Assembly: GCA_012026655.1 (NCBI GenBank)
Contig: JAAILG010000113.1
Location: forward strand, 62,001-126,000
Direction: 5' to 3'
DNA from: Hydrolagus affinis
Lineage: Eukaryota
Length of the DNA: 64,000 nucleotides
Below are positions 25,807-39,165 of this stretch, one piece after another. Numbering within the stretch: the first letter of the stretch is position 1; each line of letters starts with the position of its first letter. The notes below the pieces were generated by a model. That model was not told where the DNA came from and did not search any database. It saw only the letters and a list, made by a program, of their open reading frames with translations. The position numbers and the translations under genes were made by a program.

Positions 25807-28800
25807 ATAAAACGTTCAATGCCCAAGGGTCAGGGCTGGATTATAATTATGTTATTAACCATCAAGGGAAATGTTTAATGGTGATTCGTTATGCCTTCTG
25901 TGAATTACTACATAATTAAGGGCACCTAGAAATGTTTGAATATGACTAACACTGTAGCACAATAATCCAATCTATACTTTAAGCACCCATATGAAATACA
26001 TATGTGATTACCCTGTCGGTACAGTACTGAAACTCCTATTTTGCAGTGACATCTGACAGAATAAAAGGTTGACTTTTTAATCTGCTTCTACATATCGGCA
26101 GAATATTGTCAGCCTTCAGTTAGGCAGCTGTGTCCCAGTGCAAAGCCTTTTGATTGGAGATGTCCGTTCTGCTCATCACCTCAGTACACCAGACTCACAA
26201 ACTGCTTTGTGGCAAGATGCAAATTGTAACAGCTCTGTCTGACAATCAAGCTCAGCAGGGCTACCTCTTGTCAGAAAGCATAAAGCAAACATGCAACACC
26301 AGCCAACAAGATTTGCTGGAGCTGAGAGTGCTTCAGTTAAGAAAGACAACTTTTCTCTTTCAGGCTGTTTGTCAGTGCTTCCTCCTCCCCAGTGTATAAA
26401 CACTTGGCGGATTCAGAAGATTAATAGAACAGACACAGACATGGTTTGCGCCAGAGGTAGAAATATAGAACCTTTCCGATCAGGAGCCCATCGGTTGTTT
26501 GTCACTGGAACCCGTGTTACTAAATCACCATCTGTCCACAAATCACATTCACTAGTTCTTTCCCCATATCCCAAAAAGGTTTTACGTTCAGATGTTTATA
26601 CTGTTCCATTTTGAATGATTCATTGATTCAGCCTTAATACTGTAATGCAGCGCCTTGGGACGTCCTCCCGACGTGAAAGGCGCTCTATAAATGTAATTTG
26701 TTGTTGTTGTTGTTGTTGTACTCTACTTGTAGCCTAACAACCCTCTCAGTGGAGTTCCTTCTAGTCTTCCTTTTAACTGTTCTTCCAACAATCATGATAT
26801 AATGCCTTTGTTATCTATTCCCCAGCTAAAATAAATTAGATTCTCCATATTCATCTTACAACACTTCAGAATTTTAAAGATCACTATCACATCCCCTCCC
26901 AAACTCCTCTGCTCAATATGTATTTTCTCAGAGTTCGAAGGGCATCTGTATCCCAACATTTAAATGCCTCTCAATTTAAATCATACGGTTTAAATTCACT
27001 TAATTGTTCACTTATTGTCCTATGAAATACTTAATACATCTGATAAGGCTGATTTATAACAGCCAAGCATTTGATAGTGACCTATATTATCAAAACAACT
27101 CAAAGCACTTCACTGGTAATTGTTATCAAGTGTGTTGTCCATGTTTTTTGTAGGCAAATGGAGCAGCCAGATCAGATGATCAAAGCCCCATAGCCAACAC
27201 TGAGTCAAGTGATTAAATTATGTGTAATTCCATTGTTTTCTGGACAGTGGGATGGGAGCTTTTTATAGACACTAGAAAATACGAAATTGGACTTCAGTTT
27301 AGCAAATCATCCAAAGGACAATACTTTGAACAATGTATCACTCTGGGTTATTGACATTGGAGTGTCATAGTAACATAGAAACACAGGGTTAGTCATTCAG
27401 TCCATTGAGTCTGTTCCACAAGTTTGTTAGATTTTGTCAGATCCTTTAATCCGAGTGACCACCCTAAATACCCCTTTATATCTATGGCTACCTAAGTGTC
27501 TAGAGTATACCCTCAAACTCATAGAATGGGGGTTCGATCCCACAACCAGAGGCAAGAGCATTACTTGCAGATCCAAGCTGAGACTGATGCATTTGATTTA
27601 CATTTTAACCTTCTCTGTCAATGCAGAGGTGGTTCTTATGATTCCTATGGAACTGTAATGCCGTATAAAAGGTTTGCAATACTGATTGGTGCACAGTGAG
27701 GTTACTGTATCACCAGAATGCACTGTAATGAAATGAATAAATGAGACTGGAGGCAGTTCACTGTGAGGCTAGCATTTATTTTTAAATTGATTTTTGTACT
27801 AGTTTTTCTTACCCAATTTTCTCCCTGCTTCCTCCTGTCTCTTCAAACACATGACTCCCACCCCTATATTTGTTCCCATTGAAGTATAATTCCAAATCTA
27901 TGTCTCACCCAAGTGGACATTATTCATGTGTAAATCGTTACAGTGTCTTTTACCACAGTGGGCATTACAGTCAAGAAGTGATCCTGTTACCCAACACCCA
28001 CCTCCAACTGAGATGACTGGATAGTAATAGCATTTGATATTGTGCCTCATTACATTGTCGAGTGCATCACAGGGTATGCTGTAAAGTGGCATGACTAGAA
28101 GCAACCACTTCATCTCTTCCTCCTAACCAAGGACCGGTGATGCCAACTGCAGCTTTCCACTGATATCATTGATGTCCCTCTGTGTTCGGATCTTTGATTC
28201 CATTAATTATTTTATTTGCATGTCACCAATGGTAATTTAGAGCACTCCGGTTCACGCCGGCAAATAGATGTGTGCGTCGATTGCAACAGCCTTGGGTTTG
28301 GCTGTAATTCAACATCGATGTAGATGCCTGCAATTAGGTTTCCCCATTGAAGATTCACACTGATTACAAAACGGTATTGATTGATCTAGAGAACCTCAGG
28401 CAGCAAGCATTACCCCGAAGGAAATCACTTCTGTACATTTTTGTGTTACCAATACGATCAAAGCAGGCAGTCTGTTGTGAACATCTTACATTGACTAGAA
28501 TTCAACAAACAGGGAGGGAAGGATTCTGACAATTCCAGTGAAGCAAATATCCTCAATGTAGCAAATGTGTACTGTAATCCATTATCAGCCTTACATAATA
28601 AAGAACATGGCAATCTCTCTCTGCTGTCCCCTTTGTCACGCTAAAGGTTATATTGGCTCAGCAAGACTCCTTGCAATGGTACTCAATAATCACAAGAGTT
28701 GACAGACTCAGGTGGGAGAGTTTGTGTACTTCAGAGGTTTAATGCAGTAGTTCAGTTCAAGCCTCTAGTTTTAAAATTCTGAAAGGTTTTGGGAAGAGGG

Positions 28801-28847
28801 AAAAACTAAAGATTATTTACACTGGTTAAAGAATAGCAAGAATGACC

Positions 28848-29549
28848 CATTTGACCATCTTGTTCGACCCTCAGCTGTCCTTGCTCACCCATATTCATGC
28901 CATGATCAGCTCTGCCTTCCACCACCTACACAACATTGCCCAACTCTGCCACTGCCTCACCCCTCAGGCCACTCAAACTCCCATACATGCATTCATCACC
29001 TCAAGGCTCGACTATGGAAGCTGCCCCCTTTGTCGGCCTCCCCAACTCTTCCCTCCACAAGCTGTAGATCATCTGAAATTCTGCAGCTTGTGTCCTCTCC
29101 CACACCAGCCTTCATGAACGCATTACCCTCACCCGGCTCCACTTACTCCCTCAGAGGATAGAATTCAAAATCCTTGTCTTTTCAAGGCCCTCCACATCCT
29201 TGCCCCCTGCTACATCTCTGATCTGCTGACCCCCTTATCAACTACTCTGCTCCCTCTGTTCAGCATGCTTCAGCCTACTCATTGTTTCCACCCGACCAGC
29301 CCTAAAATGGGCGGCCGGGCTTTCATCATCTTTGCTCCCACCCATTGGGATCCCTTCAGCTTGCTCTCTCCTTTGCCTCCTTCATGGCACAACTCAAGAG
29401 TGCCTTCAGCCACCCTCCTTCCTCTCTGCCCTCCCTCATCCCAACTCTGCCCCCGCCCTCCCCATGCTTAGGTCCTGATCCCTGACTGTTCAGCACTGTT
29501 GGATGTCCTCCCGATATGAAAGGTGCTATACAAATGTAATTTTGTTGTT
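28848..29549 (+). mobile_element. L2 LINE 3' fragment
   Basis: ILFDPQLS..SAFHHLHNIA..IHAFITSRLDY; tail aaatgtaattttgttgtt. Confidence 0.88.
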
Positions 29550-30573
29550 CCAGAATATCTACCCTACTGCCTTCCCAATACAATGTCAAGATCCCAGTGC
29601 CCTGGCCTCCAGTAATCATTCTGGTAATCTTTCTACCAGTTAACTACCTCTAAAATAAATACTTCTCAGTGACTTTATACAAATTGGTCAATTTCAATAG
29701 CTGTGAAGCTGGGCTTTGGTGTCCTGCTATTCTGCTTTATTAGAATGTAATGCTCCAAATTTACTGGCTCAACCCTAAGAATCTACTAAACCACAATAAA
29801 CTGCCCTCTGAGATTTGTGTTTTTAAGGATGAAAATAATTGAAAGTATAGTTGCAATTAACTGTAATTATCATGAAAGCAATTGATGCTGTATGAAGTTC
29901 AGGGTCTGGAGGTGTATGGAGACTCAGCAATCACAAGAGTTGTTGGATTTACTCAGATTGAGATCATTCTGACACAGGCATGTTTGCTCTTGTTCTAAAT
30001 GATGTATCTCTTCCCCTCCTCTCCAATGCGCTAACTTGGCTTTGCTGATAATACTGCGGGTCAGAAGGTTGTGAGTGCAAGAACATCAGGATAATGTTAG
30101 GAGTGAGAGCCCTGGTTGATTATTTTCCTCTAGTCCATAGGATTTGAAGCCAAATTGCAGCCCTGGCTGAGCTCTGTACAGACCTGACCAGCCGATCAAA
30201 CCATCTGGTTCAGTACTTCAACAAAACCAAACACTTTCAATAACAGTATTGATCATATGGTATAACAAATGAATCTGCAAGTCTTCTCAACGCCCACCAT
30301 TCCGGAATAATTCAGCCCCACTTGATCTTAATGAGGCAATTAAAGACACAACATTTTGTCTGTGAAATTTATGCCCCGCAACATGGCATTCAAAGGTCTA
30401 TAATCTCCCAGTCATAATGTCGCTATCCCAGTTACTGACTGGTTGCTTCCAATTTAGGTCACGTGATCCGCAAAGAGAGAAAATACACTTTCTGCTTCAT
30501 TTCCACATATTCTATTTGGCATTCGGAGAAACTGAACCCAAAGCCCCAAATTATTGTGACACAAACACACTTA

Positions 30574-30775
30574 ATAATAATCCCTCAAAAAACAATCATA
30601 AATTGGTCATTTCAATCCACGACTGTTTGCGGGACACTGCTGTGCACAATTGCCCACCACATTTTGCCCACACATATATATACAGTCGATTTATACTTTA
30701 CAGTATATTCTGTAAAGCCCTTTCAGATGTCTAGAAGATGTGAAAAGCATTAGATCAAATGCAAGGATTATTCTT
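30574..30775 (+). mobile_element. 5'-truncated SINE
   Basis: taataatccctcaaaaa..gactgtttgcgggacac..aaatgcaaggattatt. Confidence 0.85.
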
Positions 30776-31216
30776 TACTATTAATAAGACCATTTCCTTG
30801 ACATTCAATTTCATACAGAATTCTGAAAAAAATCTTAATTCAGCCACACTTTGGATGCTTTTTTCCCCCCAAAACAATCCACAGAAAACTGATTTCAAGA
30901 CTTTTCCAAAATTCTGCATTGATCTAAAATTGTACGACCTTGGTACTAAGGCTATGATTGTGAAGATTTCAGGCCTATTATCTAGAGATAAGCAGCCTTT
31001 TGTTTGGATCAGTGTGGCATTCAATAGGATCCACACTGATCTAGGAGGAAATCCGTAGAGTAGAACGTGCCTTCACCTTGTAAGCTAGAGGACTCAGGTT
31101 TGATTTCCAGGCGGGACAAAAGCTTAGGCAAGTTTCCTTACTCCAAATGCCACTGTTCACCCAGCAGAAATTCGGAATCTGGTCATTGGTTGATTGCTGG
31201 ATTTCGAGGGTTTATG

Positions 31217-31636
31217 AGTCAGTGTGGCTCAGTGGTAGTTCTCTCGCTGCTAAGTCAGAAGGTTGTGGGTCCAAGCCCACGTAAGGACTTGGCATCACAT
31301 ACTTTTAGATGACACTTCAACGCAGTGTGGGGGATGTGTTGCCTTGTTGGAAGTGCAGTGCTTCAGATGGAACGTTAAACCGAGGTCCCAATCCTCCTGT
31401 TCAGAATGATAACTATTTGAAATGGCTGTATTGAAAACAAAAGAAGATTCTCCCAGTGACCTGGCCAAAAAAAATCCCCCCCAAATAAAATTGCTCACTC
31501 ATTCCATGACTGGAATGAGGTCACATTGCTGTGAACAAGTGGCTGTTGCATTTTGTCCACAAAAAGTAAATTCTGCTTTGAGACATCTCAATGACTTGAT
31601 AAGGCACTGTATCAAATACAAGGATTGTTATTATTA
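31217..31636 (+). mobile_element. Deu-domain SINE (SacSINE1/AmnSINE-like), near full length
   Basis: tRNA-like head gtggctcagtggtag..agtcagaaggttgtgggtccaagccca, Deu core cttcagatggaacgttaaaccgaggtcc, and L2-like tail aaatacaaggattgttatt. Confidence 0.8.
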
Positions 31637-33744
31637 TCCAAGAGGAGGAAGAACAATCAACATTTTATTTGTTTGATCAAACAAACTTGAATTGAGGAGT
31701 AGACTTGTAGAATATTAATATTAAGATATAGGCCATTCAACACAAGTCTGTTCAGTTCTTTTCTCCACATGAGCCACATTTAATTCCACTCTCATGCTTA
31801 TTTCTCACATATTTAATATTCTTTTTCAAGCATCTCTCCAATTTTCCTTTAAAATAATTCATGGGCTTGACTTAAACTATGGTTTAATGCAGATAATTTC
31901 ATATTCCAGCTACTCTGTGTAAAGACTTTAATTCTAACTTCTTTGAGACACTCGGTCATTATCTTGTATTTATGCCGACTCGCTGCTAACAGACTGACCA
32001 GTGGAAATTATCAAAAACTACTAAAATGAGACACACAATATCAAGATGAAATGAAAGGCTTACTAAAAAACAAGGAAAAATGGTAATCCAGGAGAAGTAT
32101 AAAAAGCAACAAAGAGATATGTAAAGTAATAGGTGCAGAAAGAGAGCGAATATGAAAAAATACTTGCAGAAAGACCTTGTGTGTCAGCCAGGTTCAGTTG
32201 GTACCATTCTCGCCTCTGGCTCAGAAGGTTGTGGCTTCAAACCCACGTAGGAACTTAAACTCACGTTGTATAAAATGACGCTCAAGATCCATCTGCATGG
32301 AGGATGGGAAAGTTGGTGTGAGGTATGCAACAGATTGAAGGCCTTAATGGCCCAATCTGTTGGGAGGAGGTGGAAAGGAGGTGGAAACTACATTTGTAAG
32401 GTAGTAGTAAGGCAGTAGGTGCTCGGGTATTTTTATGTGTAGGTGGGATAATAATCTTTGCATTTGATGTAGCACTTTTCACATCTTATCAATGTCTCAA
32501 AGCACTACACAGAATATACTGTAAAGTGAATTGGCTGTATATTTGTGGGCAAAACGCGGCAGCCAATTGCGGTCCCAGCTGCTTTCCAGGTGAACATTAA
32601 AGATCTCAAAAGAAGAGAGAATTCTCCTGACCAACAATTCCACTGATTAAAATTGGTCGTTTGGCTCATTTTGAATAATTTTTGGTGTGTTGCTGTGTGT
32701 AATTGGGCTGCTTCCATTAAATACACTGTCACTATACTTCAGAGTAAACCCTGTGAAGCCCTTTGAGATGACCTCCCAATGTGCTACAATGCAATACTAA
32801 GAGCAAGGATTATTATTTCTTAACCCTTCATAATCTTGAAAATCAGATCAATGAATAACGTTGTCAGGCTGGAGATCCCAATTCCGTCAAGAAAATCCAA
32901 GCAATTTGTTTTTATTTACTTTGGATAAGTATGCAGTAACCGTTTTGCACATTATTAAACAACAATGTGGTGAATCATCAATTCACCTTGGAGATGAGTA
33001 ACAAAGACATCAAGAGAAATTTGTTCCATTTTATATAATCTTCAAACATCCACCTGAGTTTAATATCTCATTTATCAGAAGGCAGCTCCAACAAAACAGG
33101 CAGCTCAACCCAGCCTGTGATCTCAAGTCCCTCAAGTTCGGGAGGGGGGTGTCTTAACCGACAGACTTCTGACCCAGAGGTAAAACTGTGCCAAAACACA
33201 GCTATGCTGCTGTGAGGAAAGTATCATCAGTATGTAATGTGTACGCTTTATCAAAGCAGTTAATCAACATGGCTTTGACCGCTGTTGCTGAGAGTCTGGC
33301 CCTCACATTCACTGCTCGTGGGGAAAAGTACCTCTTCTGATCTCCAGTCTTGCTCAAGGCTTGTTAACACTGTGTTGTTCTTCTGCGCTCAGAGACCAAG
33401 CTTAATAACTTGCTTTCAAGCACATTATGCACTTATTTAAATTGATCAGTCAAGGCAGGAAAGCAAGTTAAAAGGAGGAGTGAACTATTTGGAAGATCAG
33501 AGGCTGTATTAACCCACATAGCAGCTCTATCTTCATTCTTCCAACCTCATTGTTCATTCACCTCATGCCTACATGTGGAACATACTGGTGAAAAGCACTA
33601 CAGCTCTTGCTTAAAAATAACATAAACAACACTTGGCAATGATCAGTGTGAATACTTTCTGACAATTTGGCATAACAAGGTGCTGTAAAATGCAAGCTCT
33701 TTCTACAAAGTGTATGTGTTCAGTCTGTAGTGCAATAATTTCTC

Positions 33745-34215
33745 CAAGGTTGAGAGGTGATTTTTAAGATTCTAAAGGGGCCCGATAATGTAGACCATGA
33801 CAAGCTGTTTCAGCTTGTCCAGAACAGTCGAACAAGGTGACACAGCTTGTGATTGAAGGGGCGCAAATTCCAAATTAATCCGCGGAAACAATATTCCAGT
33901 GAGCGAGTGGTAACTCTATGGAACAGGCTCCTTAGGGAGAAGATGGAAGCAGAAAGTGTTGATTCATTTTCATAGAAATTATAGATTTTTTTGGGAAAAT
34001 AATCTTTTAGGATACAGTATGTAAGTAATTTGAGACATGATACATAGTCAGTGTAGTATGCTTGGAAGATTTTGGCAACTGTGGAACTAAGATGAACAAA
34101 ACTTTCCACTCTGTGGTAGACTAATCCATACAGAATTAATGGCTATCAATGTTATTGTAGCTCCTGACAACCAAGATGGAACTAGATGAACCTTGGTCTT
34201 TTTTCATCTTGCAAT
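33745..34215 (+). mobile_element. Older, degenerate CR1 fragment
   Basis: Broken reading LRGD..DNVDHDKLFQLV..SRTR.HSL.LKG..SERVVTLWNRL, equivalent to the CR1 ORF2 C-terminus. Confidence 0.7.
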
Positions 34216-35595
34216 TCGTATGTAAACAAAGTTGATGTGATTTTGTGTTTAAAAAATCTTGCAGACATAATAAGCCGGTTAAATTACCATGAAAGAAGGC
34301 AAGACCTCTGATAGAATGTGGAAAATATTGTTTTTACTGAAAGGAAAAGGGAAACTGAAAAGCAGAGAGTCCTCTCTTTCAGGCATTATGCCCCTTACTT
34401 TGTGACAGCTCTTTTAGCGTTAAGGGCTTGGGACAGGTGATAGTACTCAGCATTGTACTCCACCGTCTGAGGTATTCATCTGTCATTGTCGACCTTTTAA
34501 TAAGATCAAGGTTTCAAGAAAAGAAACTGCAAAAGGTGGGCCAGTGAACTGAGCTAAAATGACTGCAAAGCACTGCGTGTGACATGAAACTGTCATGGCC
34601 ATTTATGGAGGATTGAAAATTAGCAGTGAAACAATGTGTCACTTCTCGTCACCCTTTTCGTTCAGATGCAGAATAAAAGCACATTACAAGTCCAGCATGT
34701 CTTGTTTATAACCTACTAATTAGCATCATACTGCAAGAGTAATGATGTGTGTTCGCGTAATGTAGCCATTGAGAGTAACAGGGTATATTAAAGTAGGAAC
34801 TAAAACAAATGGGGCTCAGTGCTTGAGAGGCTTAAGGAGAAATAGGCAATAAACCAAAAGTATGTAAATAGTCTTCTCCTTGCATCTGACCTCAGCTGAA
34901 TATATGTTTTATTCATTTCTCCTTCAATTGGGGGTACAATTCTACAGTCATAAATCACTCTCTAATATCTTGCCCAAGTGTGTCTATCATTCACACTGAT
35001 AGTAAGTACAGTCCGGGTTTCAACTTCACAGTATGTCCTGGTTAATCACTGGACAGTGATCCAAAATGGAAACCATGACAATTTGTCCCATTGCTAACCC
35101 AGGTGAAACCTTTTCCAAAGGAAAGACTGTCAACTTCAAATACCCAGAATGTGGAATGAGTATAAAATAATGTGAACCAATAGGTCAGTGTGTGTTGTGT
35201 GGAACTGGGTTACTGAAGGTGAAGCTTGCCTTAATTTGTAGTTCCCTCATCCCTGAGTCAAAAGGTTTCATATTCAAAACACACTAGATTTGAGCTCACA
35301 GTTTATGTTGACATTCCAGTGCAGTGCTGGCTGCGTTGTCAGGGACCATCTGTTTGGATGAGATGTTAAACTGAGGTCCTGTCTGCTCGTCCAATTGGAC
35401 ATTAAAGGTTCCAAGGCACAGTTTGAAACAGAAGGTTCTCCCAACGTCATGTGCAAACATTTTCTAGATTAACTGATATTAACTGTTTGTGTGACAATTT
35501 CTTTTGATAGCAAGAATAAATGTATAAAGAGGAAGGATATGAAAAGGTGCATGAAATTGGGATTAGAATGGCTATCAACAATGAAACTTTAGATG

Positions 35596-36150
35596 GGCCT
35601 CAGCTAGAGTACTGTGTACAATTCTGGTCACCACACTTTAGGAAGGATGTTAAGGCATTGGAAAGGGTGCAGAGGAGGTTTACTAGGGTACCAGGAATGA
35701 GGGACTTCAGCTATGAGGAAAGGCTAGAGAGGCTAGGTTTATTCTCATTGGAACAGAGAAGGTTGCGAGGAGACCTAATAGAGGTTTTTAAAATTATGAG
35801 GGGATTTGACAGAGTAGATGGGGAAAAACTGTTTCCACTGGTGAGCGTATCAGTGACTCGTGGTCACAGATTTAAAATAGTTTCAAAGAGAAGCAGAGGG
35901 GAGGTGAAGAGAAATGTTTTCACTCAGCGAGTTGTTCGAATTTGGAATGCGTTTCCTGAAAAGGTGGTGGAGGTCGATTCAATAACAACGTTTAAAAGAA
36001 AGGTAGACATTTATTTGGGGAAGACTGGTTTACGCGGTTATGAGGAGATAGCTAGGGAGTGGGATTCAATTGCTCTTTTTAAAGAGCCGGCATAGACTCG
36101 ATGGGCCAAATAGCCTCCTTTTGTGCCGTAGGATTCTATGATTCTATGAT
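35596..36150 (+). mobile_element. 5'-truncated CR1-clade LINE, same family as 640-1164
   Basis: ORF 35520..36095 reads PQLEYCVQFWSPHFRKDVKALERVQRRFTR. (ATTCTATG)n tail. Flanks resemble an older CR1 3' end. Confidence 0.93.
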
Positions 36151-36812
36151 AACAGCAAAGGAACTAGTTACCAGGATAGGCTTGATGGAGCTATTGTCTT
36201 CTTTTATGTTATAATTACTCTAAATCTACACAAGTTAGAAAGGAAAATTATCCACCAAAATACTTATTATTGGGGACAAGCTGCCTTTTCAAATAAAACC
36301 TAAGTGTCTTTTGTGTACCAGAAGCCCATCCTTGAGGGAGGTGGGGGCGAGGGGTGTGGGGGGTGAGGGGAGAGATATAATTTGTTTATAGACCCAAATG
36401 ATTTTTACAAATAGAATGGTCAACTAGACTTTGAGTTTTTAAAGCAATAATTCATGCCAAAACAACAACCTAGGGATGTGCCCGTACACTGAACAGATGC
36501 GTGTATCTAGAAAAAGGAGGTAGGATTGAGGCAAGGGTAACAAGTTGGTTTGGGCAGCAAATCAGAGAGCGCACCTAAAGGGAAAACACGCAAATCTGGT
36601 TTTACTTAAATCAATGTGAACTACACAATACTGATTGTGTTTGCGAGGAAAAGGGGTTTGGTAAATAATGATAATCATAATAATAATAATCATCTATGCA
36701 TGTAATACAGCACCTTTCACATGTTGAGACATCCCAAAGTTCACAGGATACACTGAAAAGTGTAGTGGTTGTGCATTTTCTGGGTAAAATGGGAGAAACT
36801 GAAATCATGCTG

Positions 36813-37115
36813 ATAATAATAATAATAATCCTTGCATTTGACATCGCGCTTTTTCACATCATATCAATGTCTCAAAGCGCTTCACAGGATACATTGTAAA
36901 GTGAATTGACTGTATGTTTATGGGCTAAACACGGCAGCCAATTGTGCGTAGCAGTGTCCCCACAAACAGTCGTGGATTTAAATTACAATTTTTTTTTTGA
37001 GGGATTATTATTAGCCATGCGGAGTAAGGAAACTTGCCAAAGGTATGGCCCTGTCTGGATTCAAACATAGGTCACACACTTGTAAGGTTAGTGCTCTAAC
37101 CACTACAGGAACTCC
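36813..37115 (-). mobile_element. Full-length tRNA-derived SINE, same family
   Basis: (AAT)n ccttgcatttga ... gtgctctaaccactacaggaactcc. Confidence 0.88.
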
Positions 37116-38119
37116 GTATAGTATACTATATAAGTCATGGACAGAATTCTTGTGCAATGAAGAGTAGAGCAGAGAATAATAATAATATCTAGAACAGCAA
37201 CTTGCATTTCCAGAGCACCCTTCACGCCAGGAGAATCTCGTAGCGCTTAGCTACCCATAGAATGCGAATTTCCTTTTCCTGCGAAGTGTGTTGTTGAAGT
37301 GCATTTAGAATTGAATACTCCCACGAGAAAGAGGACAATAAGGAGGGGAATTAGTAATGGGATTTGGAAATGTTTGCGTGGATTGCCCGGATGTGCCTTG
37401 TGACCTGGAAATCCTATTTCATTTCTGATTGATAGAATCAACTGTTTCTGGTTGGATTATAGCCAAATTGGCTCCCAGTGCCAGACAAGAGACCGATGTA
37501 CGAATGAATTTTAGCATATTAGCTTGGGACAAATCCATGTTCCCACAGAATTATATAAATCAGAGCCAAATATCAAAGTCTTCATACTCAGTGGCAAAAT
37601 CTCATGTCTGATCATATGAACAAATGCCTGGGGGTTGTTAGAGAATCAAGCTGATTTTCTTTCTCTCTCTTCACCTTGTTTGAAGAGGGTAAAGATCACA
37701 ATATCTCATAAGGTAATATTAATATTAACAATAACAAAATTACAATTGTATAGTGCCTTTCACATTGGGTGAATGTCCGAAGGCTCTAGAAATATACATA
37801 TATAAATATGTTTCTCCCACAAATAGTCAATTTTCCTACTTTCCTTCCGCCAACCACAACTCCTCCTCCCTGCTCTGATCCCTAACTCTTCTCCCCCCTT
37901 TCTTCCCTCTTGTCTTCTCCCTCCCCACTGCTCTGGTCCCAACCTTGGGACGTTGTTGTATTCTGTGAAGCGCTTTGAGACGTCGATAAGACGTGGAAAG
38001 TGCTATATAAATGTAAGGATTATTATTATTATAAATAAGTGTTTTGTACTGGAGCTGGGATTCGGCATTGTGGGTTTTTGTATGGTGGCCAATGGGACGA
38101 TGAATAATAATGTCTTCAG

Positions 38120-38845
38120 ACATGTTGAAATGCAGGATAGACTTCCAGAGGGTGGGGGCAGAGTGGCTGAAGAACCCTCCGGGCGAGGGAGACGGGCAAG
38201 GCTGGGGATGTGAAGCAGGCTGGAGCCTACTGAACGGAGGGAACAGGCAGATTGGTATGGGGTTAGGAGGTCTCAGAGATCGTGGGGAGCAAGGCCATGT
38301 AGGTTCTTTGAAAGTGAGGACCAGGATCTTGAACTATATCCTCTGTGTGATGGGAAACCAGTGGAGTTCGGCATGTATGGGGGTGATAGGATCACAGAGC
38401 CTGGTGCTGGAGAGGACACAAGCTGCAGAGTTCTGTATGATCTGCAGGCTGTGTATGGAGTTGTTGGGTGGCAAGCAGGGAGTTTGTGTAGTCAAAACTG
38501 AATGTTATGAATATGTGAATGAGGGTCTCGACATCCTGCGGTGTGAGACAGCGGCGGATCCAAGTGATGGTGCGGAGGTAGGGATGTGGGATACAAAGGC
38601 TAGTTGAGGGTCAAACAAGATGTCAATGCTCCAGACTCAGTGATGTGGGGTGTGTATCCTTGGATGGTGATGCTGTCAGTATCTGAGGTGTGGAGGCACT
38701 GATGGGAGCCAATCAGGAAGGCTTCTGTCTTGTTGACTTTCAAAGGTAGAAAATTCGCTCACATACAGGACTGGATGTCTGACAGTCATTGGGTGAGGAT
38801 AGCAGTGGTCCTGAAGTTGAGGGTGGAGGCAGAGAGATAGAGATA
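38120..38845 (-). mobile_element. L2 LINE fragment
   Basis: ttgaaagtgaggaccaggatcttgaac and gcagagttctgtatgatctgcagg are reverse complements of the L2 KILVLTFK and LQIIQNSA segments. Confidence 0.85.
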
Positions 38846-38884
38846 AACATGTGTATATTTGAGAATTCTGCTCTTCAGTAGTCC

Positions 38885-39165
38885 ATATCGCCAGTCAGAC
38901 CTTCACCCTCTCTGGCCCCACCTTTGGATCTCCATCCCACGTCCATTTGCATTCCTCACTGCCTTGCCTCTGTCAAGGCATGTTTCAAGATCCTTTTCCT
39001 CTTCAACCGCAAACTTTGGCCATCCTCCTGCCCCTATCTCCTTGCCTTCCACCCCTCCTGATCCCAATTCCCATCTCTGTGCCAAATCCCTGACTGTCTA
39101 CCCCCTTGGGATGTCCTCCCAACGTGAAAGATGCTTTATAAATGTAATTTGTTGAGGTTGTTGTT
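38885..39165 (+). mobile_element. L2 LINE 3' end
   Basis: C-rich 3' UTR and tail gggatgtcctcccaacgtgaaagatgctttataaatgtaatttgttg. Confidence 0.8.

Noticed and set aside
35520-36095. Host protein-coding gene (191 aa), likewise ORF 633..1145
   Set aside because: Both are 5'-truncated CR1 ORF2 C-termini with LINE tails.
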